DNA of 61,734 nucleotides, counting the filler, from Sphacelaria rigidula (Eukaryota): assembly GCA_964200075.2 (NCBI GenBank). It is 7 parts of 7 records of this genome, joined end to end, with 100 filler letters (N's around TTAATTAATTAA, not from the genome) between each part and the next. Parts side by side here need not be neighbours in the genome. Positions count along the whole stretch, not along the records: positions 17,670 to 26,403 come from CAXNAA020010240.1; positions 26,504 to 35,237 come from CAXNAA020010241.1; positions 35,338 to 44,070 come from CAXNAA020010242.1; 4 more parts are not named here. One strand, 5' to 3'. Shown piece after piece: positions 25,226 through 38,759 of this stretch. The position numbers and the translations under genes are program-made. Within the stretch, counting starts at the first letter, position 1. Every line of letters starts with the position of its first letter. The notes under the pieces were generated by a model. That model saw only the letters and a list, made by a program, of their open reading frames with translations, had not been told where the DNA came from and did not search any database.

Positions 25226-26220
25226 GTTATTTTTCGGCATAAACTCCATCATACCGTGTCCTCGCCAACCCTTCCCACCACGCTACTGCGATTGGGATCA
25301 CGACCCCGCTTCGTTTTAGCACTCCCGTGAATAGTCAACATCCACGCATAAAATACGTAGGCCGAAATGTGTACTTCATTTTCAAAGGTTTCGAGTAAGC
25401 TTGTGCCGTGCATGCTCACAGGTCCGAAAAATACCACAAACTCTGCAAGACGACTAACCGGCGGTTCAAACAACCTACTTGGAACAGGAGACCACACCTA
25501 CATATATATATGTATATATATATTGCCAAGAATTGGGCAACAATCGCGGGCATGTATCCTTGAGAGATTCACAAAAAAATGATTTCTAGACAGTGATGAT
25601 TTCAACAACAAACTATACTTGAAAAATGCGGAGAGGGGCGGCGGGGGGGACTCAAAATAAATATCAGCGGGGGAGGGGGAGGGAACAATTCGTTGCTCCT
25701 GAAAATATGCTATACAACGCATTACTATACACGTTGCACCCCATGTAGACACATGCGATGGGGGCATCATCAAACATGAACATACGATTTCTCCCCCAGC
25801 TCTTCTCTCTTCTATTCCTTGCCTTGCTCTTCCTGGTCGGTTATCGGTTTTGGCCTTGGCCTTGCCTTCTGTTGATTTCTCAAGTTACTCCTTTTATCAT
25901 ATCTCTTCTTTTGTTCCCCGCCACTTTCCTTCGTTATTCAGCGAGCGTTTTCGGTTCGTTCACCTTGGGTACTGTACGTCTATTTCATGACTAATGACCA
26001 ATCACGGCCGAATCTCCCCGTCATGAGTAAATGTACAACAATCGAGCCATCAATCGAACAGTCAACCTATCCCCCCTGAAAACACCGTGGATGACGTCAA
26101 CCGACGACCAACTTTTTCTCATCTTCATCAGTCTCGTCGTCGATTTTTTCGACCAACCCGAACACTGAACGCTATTCCTTGCCTCCCCCACCCCCCATAT
26201 CTATGAGGAGTAGGAATGGT

Positions 26221-26295
26221 GCTTCGTCTCGAAAGGGATGCGTGGTCAATGGTCAAACGACCAAGACAAGCAACAAATGAGTACGCCCCCCCCCC
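26221..26295 (+). mobile_element. Short poly(C)-ended retroposed element (subfamily A)
   Basis: CGTCTCGAAAGGGATGCGTGGTCAATGGTCAAACGACCAAGACAAGCAACAAATGAGTACG+C10, with a C-rich tract also upstream (about 26185-26196). Confidence 0.85.
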
Positions 26296-26503
26296 ACCAC
26301 AGCAAAGGTTTTTGAGTAATGTATGGAAGAAACGTAATGAGCTGCTGAAGAAACACAATGAGCGCCAGAATATAGTAGGTGTCTCTATTAGGAGTAGGAA
26401 CGGNNNNNNNNNNNNNNNNNNNNNNNNNNNNNNNNNNNNNNNNNNNNTTAATTAATTAANNNNNNNNNNNNNNNNNNNNNNNNNNNNNNNNNNNNNNNNN
26501 NNN

Positions 26504-26700
26504 CCTGTTTTGGTCACGTAAATTGAAACGGAAAAGGCCGAGCACAAGGAGCAGCTGGGAATTCCCACGCTTGGGTTCGTTCTCGCCAATGTCGCCCATA
26601 TGGGGTGCTTCAGGCGCTGTATGACCATTTTTTTCGCGACATTATTGGGCTGGTTTTGTGGGGGGCTACAGTATCGAAGAAAGTGTTTGGGGTATGTCCA
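26504..26700. mobile_element. Partial copy of the 12261-12594 MITE family
   Basis: Shares GGGAATTCC.ACGCTTGGGTTCGTT.TCGCCAATG and a degenerate right TIR (TATCGAAGAAAGTGT). Confidence 0.8.
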
Positions 26701-28209
26701 CAACAACCGTGTTGTCCACCGTCTTCACTGTCATCAATATTATTTCCGAACATTACCCCGATCTCTCGAACTCGTGGTCACTGGCGTAGGCTCGTCTTTC
26801 CGAAACCACCCCGTGCTGTTGCTTGCGGGAGACAGAGCCCATCATCGTTTCTTCTGAGACTCAAAAAAAAAAACCGAAAAAACACCAAGATAAAAACAGT
26901 AAGAGAAAGACGTCAAAAGATCAGAAGATGAGAAAAACGTCTCCCCCGAGTTCATCGGGGTGAGAGGTGAAAGCAAATTCATCAGATTTGCAAATAAAAT
27001 ATACAGAAGAAAAAAGGGGAAGAAAAGACTAAACAGATAGGAGGAAATAGAATAGTGCTAAATGTACCAAGCGACGGTCAAATCAACAGCCCCAGGAACC
27101 CTCATAGACAAACACCGAGGCTGTTTGGAAGATAGCATATGCACTATAGTAGCGAGTGTCCTACCCGGTGGTCTACTCGTTACATTTCGGTTGTCCTCGA
27201 TAGGCACAGAGATAAATCTAGCGGCAACACAACAAACAGTTCCTTAGCAGGTCGTGCTTCGGGTCAGGCTGTCATGTACATCTTAGCCCCTTCCTCTTCC
27301 ATTTATATCATTCGGAACGATCTCGGGCAACCTGCGTCCACGATGTCGCGTTTATTCCGAACTCGGAGCAGTATTGCGTGACACTGTGTTGTGGGAATCT
27401 TGCTGGTGGGCCTGCCTTCGTCGTCCCTCTAACCTTTACTCCACGTAATACGGTGTTGGGGAGGCGTTTGTCGTGCATGCGCACGACGTGGCCGGCATGT
27501 AGGAGGATTCGCCTCATCACGGTAGCCTCAACGAAGTCGCAGCTAGTGTTTTTTTAGGACTTCGCGGTATGGCAGCAAGCGGTAGTTGGGACCTCTGCGG
27601 CTTGAGGTATGCTTGCTGAGGCACCTCAGCAGGAATACACGGTGGGCCTTCCGTAACGGGCCGTAACTGTCGTGCGCGATCGTCCAGGTCGCGCAGTCGT
27701 TTAGCATTATCTCGGTCACTTCAGCCTTCAGGAGACAAACCTTGGTTGCCAGGGCGATGTACGGGTTGTCGTATACCGCTCTGCTCTACTTGTAGAAGCA
27801 TGTCCAGGCCTGGCCAATGCGGCTGTGGATCTTAGGAGTGACATCCCCGATTCTGCAGATTTTGCCATTAAGATGGACGAAAGCTCCAACTTGATTGTAT
27901 CTTTGGCCCGCCGCCTACACCTCGACCATGTCCTCCTTCATGTTCGGGGAGTGCATATGCATGGTGACCGCCTTTTCCGCCACGACGAGACCGAATGCCG
28001 CGTAGGCTTCGACCATGGTCGTCATCATCTTTCCCAGGCGTAGTTGAGGTCGCGAGACGATGCCAGTGTCGTTGGCCTACAGCATGACCCACAACACTTC
28101 GCTAAGTTCGTCCCTAGTTTCCCCGCCCCTTTCAGCGGTCGAACGCTACCGTCGGCACCGCCGCAAAGAAGATGCTAAACAAACGGGGAAAATTGCAAAT
28201 AGCCTTGGC

Positions 28210-31200
28210 ATATACCACGGTGTTGCGGGGAATCGCACGAGCGACCTCAAGCGCATAGACTACATACTCACCCGGCAGGCAAACCGAGGTAGAGTGCGCA
28301 ACATAGTCGTGCACCCCCAACCCGCACCCCCGGCTAAAGCTGACTCGGACCACAACATGGTGGTGGCCACTGTCGACCTCGGTGGCTGCCTTGCCCACAA
28401 CCGTCCAGTACGAACCAAATCGAAGCAGCGTAAATTCAGTCGACAGCAGCTGCAGACCGAAGTGGCATGGTGGCATGTGACCGAGAGGTTCCTGTTCCTA
28501 CATAACCTCGCCGAGCAAAAATACCAGCCAACCACCACCGCACCGGCGGCCGCGAAGGAGTTTACCGAAGCTGTCCTCGAGGCAGCGCAGACAGTACTCT
28601 CGGAAGAGGCACGGGTACCACGTATGCCGGAATGGTGTGAAAACCCCGACACGAGAGCAACAGTCGAGGCAACGCTCGCCAAACGACGGCAGGCACGCCG
28701 ACTGATGAAGGATCACCGGACCCAGCATCGTGGAAAGCTCTCACAGTCGCGTGTTAGAGCGTACGTACAGCAATAGACGACAGCATCCATGCACATCTGG
28801 AGAGGTATGTGGCGAGGCTAGAGACGATCTACAAGGACCGCGGTATGAGAGGCGTGTACAAACACCTCAAGAGATCGGTGGGTCTTGGCGGAAGGCAATC
28901 CGGGGGGCAGCAGTTCATGAAGGACGAGAACGGCGTCCTACTGAGGAACAAAATCGCCAACCTTGAACGGTGGGCGAGGCTCTTCTGCACCCTGCTCAAC
29001 TTGAAATCGCCCACGCTGAACCCAGCCATTATCGAGGAGGTGAAGGAGCGACCGGCAGCTTCAACCACCGGTGATTCGGTACCGCTTGGGGCAGCACCAA
29101 CACTGGAGGAAACCACACGAGCAGTTCGGGGGATGCACAACTGGAAAGCGCCAGGACACGCCTCTCTTCCTGTAGAGCTATTCATGATCGACGGTCGCGC
29201 CGAACACATCGTCCTTGAACGCTTCCATGCCATTCTCGTCGAGATGTGGAACGGAGGGGAGGCCCCGCAGGGGTGAAAAGACGTAACGATCAAGGTGCTG
29301 TACAAGAAATTGGACCGGTCCATCTGCAAAAACTACAGGGGGAATTTTCTGGTATCGCACGCAGGGAAAGTGCTCCTGAAGATGGTGGTCAACCGCCTCA
29401 GCGACTACTGCAAAACGCACGGGATATTACCGGAGGAACAGGGCGGCTTCCGACCTGACCGATCCACTGTCGGCTTGCTGTTCGTCGTGCGCCGACTCCA
29501 GGAGCTGGGACGGCGGCGGAGAATACCGCTGTACATGTGCTTCGTCAACCTCCAGAAGGCATATGACTCGGTCGACCGAGAACTTCTCTGGCAGGTACTG
29601 GTCCGAGCTGGTATTCCGGATGAGACGATAGTAATTATCCGCCAATTCCACGACGGTATGCAGGCCCGCGTACGCATGTACAACGGGGAGCTCTCAGAGT
29701 GGCTTGAAGTCATACAGGGACTGCGACAAGGATGTGTGCTGTCTCCCCTGCTGTTCAACATTGTCTTCGCGGCACAGCTCGAGATAGTCCTCGTGCCATT
29801 CAGCGAGGGCGATATCATCATCGAGAACATGGTATATCTCGATGAGGAGACGGGAAGGGGGGCGGAGACACCGTTGGGACGTGTACGTGAAGCGGTGTGG
29901 GGAATGCTGTATGCCAACGATGCCGGCGTTATCTCGAGGTGCCCGACGGACTGGCGAGGATGATGACCATCATAGTGGACGTGTTTGAGACCTCGGGACT
30001 GACCATATCGGAGAAGAAGACGGGGGCTCTTTTGATGTGAGTACCGAGGCAAGCACCGAAGAAGGGGGAGTAACCAACACCACCTCCCCCACCGCTGATC
30101 ATCGAAGCAGCGGGCCAGAAATACGCCTAGAAAACTAGTTTCCGATATTTGAGCGGGCTCGTCAACGAAGAGGGCGAACTCAAGCAAGAAATCAACAGTC
30201 GGAGCAGAGCAGCGTGGGTGTGCATCAGGAAATTCTCCGGGGATCTCTCTGACCAACCAAAAGCGCCGTGGAGACTCAAGGTCCGACTGCTAAAAGCGGA
30301 GGCGATGGAGGCCCCACTATACGGATGCATGGCGTGGGCCCCGCGCCGCGAACACTACAGGTACGACTTGCTGAGAAAGGTGCACTACCGGCTCCTTCTA
30401 CGAGTCATCGGGTACCGCCGAGTGCGCGACACATACCGATAGCTTGTGTATGCACAGGCCCTCAAGAAGACCGGATACCAAAGTGTCGAAGCCATCGTCC
30501 GGCAACGACGACTGCTGTTCGGGGGAGCCCTGGCTAGACAACCGGACGGACGACTACCGAAGCGAATAGCATTCAGAACAGTAGTCAGAGGGGAAGATCC
30601 AGGACCAGGGTGCCCAGAACAAAACTGGGTCGAAGTGCCTGAGGGACGATCTCCACGCTTTCGGAGCCACAGACAGATCTATGGACGACAACCGCCAGGC
30701 ATTTGGAATTGACCGCGCCCTCTGGCCCTCAGCGGCGATTAAGGCGGGGGGGGGGTTGCCGTGGCACACGGGGATGCTGCGAGGAGTGGAGAGAATCATG
30801 ACCTCATGGCACAGAAATGAAGGGAAGGCCAGCCGACCGCGTGCGATTGGACGGGACACCAACGAAGTCAACACAGCAATGGCGACGGTTCAGAGAAGGG
30901 GGCGGTGGGGAGTGAACCATCCCGATGAGGGGTGTCGATATGTTATGCGGTGCTTGTCTTGATACACCTGGTATGCCTGTACGTATGGCTGTCCCTCGAG
31001 AGGTCGAAGGATAACACCTTGCGATTCTTAATTCTTCGGTTGGTAGTCTTTGGGCCTTGAGTTTTGCCCGTAATCGGACTCTATGTTCATTTTTACTTGG
31101 CCTCGCGCGTCGAGTTGGAAAGTCGGGCGCCGCCCCCTGAAGTCCGAATGGCCACTAGTGGCACCGGATCTTATTAGGTTAGCCATATTTCTTCCTGTTT

Positions 31201-31410
31201 TGCTTGTATCGCGTTTGAGAGTTTTTTTATGGGTCTATTTATATATAGATACATATACATATATTCGTTTTGTTTGATTTTCTCATACCTTATTATCGGT
31301 AGCTAGCCGGTGACCACGGAAGGCGTTAGCATCAGATGCACAGTAGGAATGTCCCGTGTAGATATCGGAACGATGTTTAATGCGAAGACAACGACAACAA
31401 CAACAACAAC
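28210..31410 (+). mobile_element. 5'-truncated RTE-like LINE, family B, with (CAA)n tail
   Basis: APE C-terminus RIDYILTRQ...SDHNMV. RT motifs EEQGGFRPDRST, FVNLQKAYDSV, GLRQGCVLSPLLF, LYANDA. (CAA)n tail at 31388-31410. TSD (C)TTGGC at 28204-28209 and 31410-31415. A few stops and frameshifts. Confidence 0.95.
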
Positions 31411-31624
31411 TTGGCGGAGGCCCTGGTTAACGCCAAGCCAAGCAGATATCTCATCGCTGTCAAGGCGTACGCATGCCCGCGTGCCGTCGTGGAACTGGCG
31501 GATATTGGATATCATCTTGGTGGGATGCCGTATCGTTCTAGCACCTTCAAGACAAGAGATCGATTGACTGAGTCGTATGCCTTTTGGAGGTCGAGAAAGT
31601 AGATGTGTGTACAGTGGAAGATTC

Positions 31625-32167
31625 CACGGTTAGGACGACCAAACTCGTGATTCAACTCATAGAATCATTCCAACGAATAAATCATACGATTCGTTCATCA
31701 ATTGTAATCTATACAGCTTTTCAGCTCGTGCGCCGTGCGGTACATGTCAAAGGTACCTGCTTCCTACCTTCCGTGAATACTGGGGTAAATAATGGGCACA
31801 TACAGTAGTCATCCCCTGCACTGCAAATTTGAATAAATCGATTGTACATGTCACGCACTTCGTACCATCATGAGGGGGGAACGTCATGTACAACTTGCTT
31901 GATCGAGTCGTTCTAGGTGAGCGCCCGTATATTTTCCCCGTCTTTCGGGTTAATGCGGGACCAACAATTTATACAGGTTGGATCTTGTCATTTCATGGGC
32001 CCTGAATCACGCGTAATTTTAATCCAGCTGTGATGCGCGCAAGATGCCTGCGCGGCATATATGTTATCCACCCTCGACTCAGCGGGACCATGAATTTATG
32101 CAGGTTGAATGCTGTCATTATTTCATGAGGAGTGAACTCGTATGAAGTCTGATTCGTCCTAACCGTG
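31625..32167. mobile_element. Non-autonomous hAT-type element (543 bp)
   Basis: 14-bp perfect TIR CACGGTTAGGACGA. Perfect 8-bp TSD GAAGATTC at 31617-31624 and 32168-32175. Confidence 0.93.
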
Positions 32168-34151
32168 GAAGATTCTTCTCTCTGGCCAGTTGTTAAAACG
32201 TGTGCACAACGTACGTCATGTCGACTGTCGACCGGCCGGGTCGGAAGCCGCGATGAGCCTCTGGGAGGATTCTCCTCCACTCCCCGTAGGCGCCAAGGCG
32301 AGTCGCAACTACGTTGAAAACCACCTCGCCCGCGTGGGACCCTAGCAAACTACCTCGGTGGTTCCCGAAGTCGTGCAGGTCCTGTTTCTTGAACAGCACC
32401 TTGATGATAATGTCTTCCCATTCCTGGGGTATTACGTTCTGAGGCCACACTGTGAGTACGATGTTGTGGGAGCACTTCAGCGTGGCAGGGTTCTAGGTGC
32501 GCTAGCTTGCCCACTGTTTCCTTCACGTCCGTCGAGAGCTCGGCCGCGAGCGGTGTGTGCGGTGGCATCTGTTCGATGAGATCGATTACAGGGTGGTTGA
32601 GCGTAGGCGAGATTGCGTTTAGAAGCGTTTCAAACCACTCCTTCCACTGTTTGCAGGATAGTTTGCTTGTCTCGCAGCAACTCGCCAGTCGCCCTCCTGA
32701 TGTAGGTTGAGCCACACATCCCCTTCCTCCCTTCCACTTGCAAGGACTTCATGTGTTGCTTCAGCCCTGCTTGTACTTCTTGCGAGCGAACTCTACTATC
32801 CTGACGGTGAATAGGTGAATCAAGTTCTGCAGTTCAGCGTCCTCCGCCCGCTTGAACGCCTTGTCTGTCACCTTGAGCGCCTTATTAGGGTCAGGGTCTT
32901 CGGGGGCGGTTGAAAGCTACTCGCGCCTCAAGTACTCTTGCTCTCACGTTTTCGGGGACGATGCATTCTGGGCCTAGCGTGCTGGCGATAGAGTCCTTAA
33001 TGGCAAGGCCGACTCTCGAGCGTTCCCGATTTCCCTCCTACATGAACGGGACCCTATAGTAGCAGTGGGCGCATGATGCGCCGACGAAAATTCTACAGTA
33101 GAAAGTCCGTGAATCAGACTCATCGAAAACAGGCCGGACAGTTGTCGGTGAAGACTCTACCGTAGGACGCGACCCGTCTGTTGCAGTGAATGATAAACCC
33201 AACGGTTGGCGCGTGGAAGGTTGTTCTTCCATCGCGACGGGTCTCTTGAAGGGCGGCGAAATCACAGCCGAACCTGGGCACTAAGGGCATCAGATCCTCT
33301 GCGTGGCCTGCGCTGTCGGTTCCTCCCTCAGCCATGGTTCGTACATCCCAGGTGGAAACTACTAACTCGTTGGACCGAGACACCGACCCTTCGCAGCAGA
33401 GCGATTAGCGCAAGCCTGTGCTCTGACTGCTCGCAGAGCTGGCCTTTCTCTCCTTCGCTTCGTCCTTCTCTTTGTCTCCCTTTTCTTCTGGTATCTGATC
33501 CATAATTCGTGGGCTACTCGCTATCTCCACACTCTCTCCCGCCTACGCTGGTGCCTGCCTTGTTTCTCCTGCACGGGGTTCAGCGGTCCCCGAGCACGTC
33601 GACCTCCACCAAGTCGATATTTAAGTGCGTACACGCACATCGCTGCCTGCTCTTTGAGCCACGACAGCAATGCTTTCGACGGTGGCGATGAGTGGTCAGA
33701 TTAGCGGACCCCGCCGACAGGGGTAGGACGTGTTCCGATATCATCGCCATGTAACAGCAATGTTGCCGGTGGTAACCATCCTATGGTGCGGGCAGTGTGA
33801 CAGTGGCTGTCACTCAATGCCGCACTACGGTGGCGCGGAGCGGTTTGACAGTAGGGGTCACTTATTCCCCACACAAGCCGAGTGTCGTACCATTGAAGGG
33901 GCCGCTGCCTTCAGCTGTCCCAACCCGGCCTCGGCGTTTCGGAGCTGCGGTCAGGGGAGGAGATCGACAGTGTGACGGGTGGTAACCGCCGTAAGGCGAA
34001 CGCGCGCGGGGGTAGTTCGATTGTAGTACGGAGCAGTTTGACAGTTGGTGTCGCTGAATCTCCGTACTACCCGAATTGCTGCATCTTTTCATGAGTTGCG
34101 CCCTTTAGGTGGCCTGACCTGACCCCAGCGCCTCGAAGGGCAAGGCCGAGA

Positions 34152-34232
34152 GGGGGGGGGGGGGTGTACTCATTTGTTGCTTGCCTTAGTCGTTTGGCCA
34201 TTGACCACGCATCCCTTTCGAGACGGAGCGGT
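34152..34232 (-). mobile_element. Short poly(C)-ended retroposed element (subfamily A)
   Basis: Matches 26221-26295, with G-runs on both sides (+ strand). Confidence 0.85.
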
Positions 34233-34392
34233 CGGGGGGAAAGAGAGTAGGGATATTGTAGCACTGCAGTACAGTACCGTAGTGCATATTTCTACTTCAA
34301 TTACTGATATGTACGTGCTGTATCCCAACTGCTTGTGTTCTAATTTCACACGACGGGTCTCTGTTTCCTGTTTTGTTGTTCACAATCTTTTT

Positions 34393-34465
34393 TGGGGGGG
34401 GGGATACTCATGATCATGCATGCCATAATCATGAGACCATTGACCTCGCACGGGGGGGGGGGGGG
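34393..34465 (-). mobile_element. Short poly(C)-ended retroposed element (subfamily B)
   Basis: Matches 24342-24393 and is embedded between two long G-runs. Confidence 0.85.
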
Positions 34466-35142
34466 TGGTTCTGAACGTCACTTGACCAAACACAACGCAA
34501 AACGTGCAACGCGCAGCTATATTGTTGTGGTGGCGAAGAGCAAGACGACACCGTGGTACGAGACAATGCTGAAGGATCCGACCAGCCTGGGCGATGACGA
34601 CCCACCACAGATATGCATGTCGCCGTCTTCCGGTCGGTTCGAGGTACAGTACAGTACAGTACAGTACAACATAGCACAGCAAAATGGTGGCACGTCAATT
34701 CGTCAGATGTCTGGCTGTGTGCGTTTTGCAAGAGGGGATGGACGGAACGGCTCAGGATTTTGATCCATGTACAGCCAGTGGCGGTGAACCGGCTTGTCAA
34801 GGGTCGCCAAAGATCTGGCGCATACGCACACACGATATCGCTCTCGCCGTGCGCGGGGTGCTGTATTCCTCTTGGCGCCATCCCTGCTTGAGTGCTTTTT
34901 TTTCTAGCGGCGATGAAGCGGTGGGAAGCACATCACCCGTGCGTTTACAGCTGTGCTCTTGCTCTTTAGCTTCGGGTGCGAGGGCGATCGGTCGCTTAGG
35001 CCACCCTCGGCACACGTCTGTATCTCGTGCGGATGACGTGAAGGTTGTGTGTGTGTGCTTTTTTGTTGAGGCGTCATGGTGAAAAATTGCGAAAATCAAT
35101 GCGGCTGGAGACTGAAGTCGAGGGTACCCCCCCCCCCCCCCA

Positions 35143-35237
35143 TTATTTTATTTTATTGTTGTTATTTTATTCATTAATCTAGTTGTCGCACTTTGAACCC
35201 CTCCCCTTCCTCGGGACGAGTCCGTGGTCTAATAGTC
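35143..35237 (-). repeat. Dispersed repeat ..CGAGGAAGGGGAGGGGTTCAA..A-rich tail (probable retroposon 3' end); other copies at about 15500-15550 and 21553-21650 (+)
   Basis: Three related copies in three contigs, each followed by an AATAA-rich tail. Confidence 0.65.
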
Positions 35238-38200
35238 NNNNNNNNNNNNNNNNNNNNNNNNNNNNNNNNNNNNNNNNNNNNTTAATTAATTAANNNNNNN
35301 NNNNNNNNNNNNNNNNNNNNNNNNNNNNNNNNNNNNNCGGGACGGAGCACGCCGGGTTCTCGCCGGACCAGGCTAAAGATGACTGGTGGTGGATCAATCT
35401 CGATCCGCCGTGTTATTTCCTTTCGATAATATGGAGCGGGTACTCAAAAAGGTGTGCATATTCTAGTAATACTGTCCTAATCGCTACTCTCTAGTACAAC
35501 GTGCGCCAGCAGGGCTAGTTGCACTACCCACTGGTCGCGCGACAGGAGCTTCACGTTCGACTGTCGATCAGCTTCACGTTCGACTGTCGACCGTTGTAGA
35601 ACGAAAACGTTCACCTCTCAACCCTCACATACATAGCAGACCATCACCGATGATTGTTTGCTGGGTTTTATCTAAACGTTGTGAACATAACTAAACTACA
35701 CGGTTGGGTTTGGTTTTTATATAGTATCGGAGCAGATATCCCCCAGCTCTCGAACTGTCCAGCAGGGAGAACTGCGAGGGGTTTACATCCGTTTTTCATA
35801 ACAGTAAACCTCCCGGATCAATGACCTGCCCCCCCTGATCGGGGGGTGCCGTGTTTCGTCCATTCAAACTTCGCAACTTCCTCTTAGTGATAATTGTCTG
35901 CTCAGTCTGTTGGCAGGTGCAATTCATAATTTGATAGAGACTCGCTAAGGTAGGTCGTGATAGATTTAGGGTATGATAGACGGAACGATTCGACCTTCCG
36001 CGCATCGTTAGTTGTAACCGCCACCTTCTCTACACCATTTGTACCAGTTTTGAAGTACGGCCCTTCAAGCATGGCTGGCGTTGGTCAACGGCTGATGTAG
36101 CGTCACCAAAACCTGACTGCCCGTCTGGATGCGCTACGGTATTTGTTGTGAAGCTATACAGAAGCAGCGGTACTGAATTTCAGTGCGCTTCAATACAGCT
36201 CAGTCACTCAATTATCGTGTGATGACATGGGTATGGTCCTACGTACATAGGCAGTTTGCCCAGATGCAAGTGTGGGGGAAATTGACAGAGGTCTGACCGT
36301 TTGGTGTACACAATTCGGCATACTGAAGATGTACCGGGCGCGAATCTACTTAATTAATTAGATTGTGAAGCTCGCCTCTCATGTCAACCTTCCTGCCCAA
36401 GTGAATGTAAAGAAGCGCGGCTGAAGTGGAGTGTTCACTTGGCGTTGGGTTCAATTTGAAGACCCCTCCACAATCAGCCTGAGGACTAACCCATGGAATA
36501 TATCTTGTTTCCCTACTGTCTCAGCAAAAGCCTTTAAGCTCTCTCAGGTGTCGAAGCTTCTCCTGTCCGTTCTGTTGCGTTGCGTTCACGAATCGTGAAC
36601 ACTGTTTTGGATTGCATGAGCAGCGATACTGTCTTCGTGTTCGTCCCTACCGCCCAATCTTAGACGCACGCAGTCCTGTCTGCACTTCTGTTGAAACCTT
36701 CGTGGGTATGTGGACTCTTTCATATTCGGTGAGACGAACAACGTTCTATCGTGCTAGTGCCGTGCGTTGGGCACCTGTACTGTACTGTAGTTGCGACAGT
36801 CAGTGCAGTCTACAGAAAGGATTAATTTGACATCACCACCCCTCATTTCGGAATAATTTAACCGTACCGGTGAAGATACCCTCATTTTGTTTCATTGTTT
36901 CCCGTGACCCCTGTTTCGTTCGAGCGCTATCGCAGATTCGCAGGTATCTCACCGTAACCGTAACATGATGGCTGAAGTAAACACGACGTTGCTCCTAGAA
37001 GCTACATCGCGCGGCTATCTCTGGCAACATTTGATGTAACACTGACCCAATGTGCCAGTGTCGCGCATTAGCGGACAGTAATTATGTGGGGCATAGTGCA
37101 TTTAACCGGGGCGGCTTCACGTGTAACAATACAGTATGCAACATAATGGGTGCATACAGCGCTACATTGCTCCTGCCAGCTGTATCACGCGTCAAAAATC
37201 GTGCGTGCAGCTGTTGCATTTAACGGATACAACGTGTAGAGACTCATGCCTTCCGACATCAACTCCGCGCTTCCTGCTCAATCAAGAATAGCTGAAGATT
37301 CTGACCCTGAACTGCAATAGCATCGAATCGACCTGCGTGGGCGGCACGCCGTTTTACTTTACCTAAATGCATCGCGCACAGGACTCGCTCATAGCCACCT
37401 ACGCGCAGGTTGTGCAGTAAGCCTGGAGCGGGTGCGGCGCTGACATCAACTGTTCTTGACAAAATATTATTTTTGTGCCGTCTTCCTTGTTGCCGTATCG
37501 TTGATTTGGGCGCGCATCCGTTTCATCTTCCTCAAGATACGTGCGTAAAATATGGCGGTAATAACTGCACCTCCACCTCCCCAGTCACGCTGTGAGCAAT
37601 ATCGCTACGCTAGCGTTGTGGACACGCATCTTCAAGCGGCGCAAGCACGCCCGAATAAGCCTTAGTCTTGAGGTTCATCTCGTAGCCTCAGCTCATTTAC
37701 CACTTCATGTTTTCTTTCTTCGGTTGGGTCTCAATAGACATACAATATCCCGAAATCATACTGTTATTTATGTGGGTATGTGCCCACTGACTCGCGTCAT
37801 GGGCGGCGCATTTACCAGCTCCACTTATTACAGCAGTACGCACGACAAACGTAAATTCCCGCCTGAGCAGCTGTCTTATCTTGAAGCATCTTTTTCGCAA
37901 GTGCAACTTTTTGTGGCTTCCGGTTTAGGCTATCATTCTTCTTGCTCTATTGTGCGTTGTTCGATCTATGATCCTGGGATGATAACCTCGTTAATTGATG
38001 TTGTGGCATAGGGAGTTCTGCACGCGTTTCATGATAGAAGCATAGCTCTTGCCCGCTGTTGCTTGAGGCAAAGAATCACACTTCACTCATTCCGTACGTA
38101 CGCGGCAGAATTGAAATCTTCGCCTGAGCAGCATTGTATCTCGCAGTTATTTTTGCGGGGTACCTGTCATGGTCAAGAGTACATTGATTATTTTTAATTT

Positions 38201-38759
38201 GACTGATTGTGTTTCCTCACTTTACCCCAAGCGCGATGGGAACCACTATAGCGGTCTCCGTCGCTTGATTACCTTTGTGCCGTCGTAAGCGTGAGCACGA
38301 GCGCGTCGCTCCCAGCGCGCATCACCCAGCGCGCATCATGATGGCTGATTATTCGTTTTGTCACGTGATGCCCTTGCTAACTTATGGCGGGGTGGTGAAA
38401 ACGCGTATGTTTTGCTCTTCATTAATGAAAAAATTGAATTCTCAGTGAACATCTTTCTGAAGATGTTACCTCTCCTGGCTTGAGCCGCACCGCAGATGAT
38501 ATGATCGAACACAATAGTCCCGGTGAGAAGCGCCATGATACAAGTAAACGGCAATCTCCAGTTGTTGTCAGCATTTGCTTAACTCTACAGTGCAGGTTGA
38601 TCACTGAACTAGGCAAACAACAAAACTTCGGTCAACGATTACGAAATTTCACTGTTTCGTGTGAGACCTTTCATTCGACTTATTATTTGACTGCCATTCA
38701 TTTGTGCACGAGTTCGTTCATATTTATTTACTACAGGTCGATCCCCTTCACATCTGTTC

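Larger units (their letters stand above)
26730..33400 (-). mobile_element. Degenerate near-full-length RTE-like LINE, family A, split by two later insertions
   Basis: APE start VSTWDVRTM...CDFAALQETRRDG (33120-33383). RT pieces at 32176-32900, 31411-31624 and 27200-28209. The 3' UTR matches 12600-13015. Confidence 0.9.

Noticed and set aside
29405-30256. 283-aa minus-strand ORF
   Set aside because: Antisense shadow of the LINE B RT; the same applies to 4084-4779, 11139-11774 and 28829-29329.
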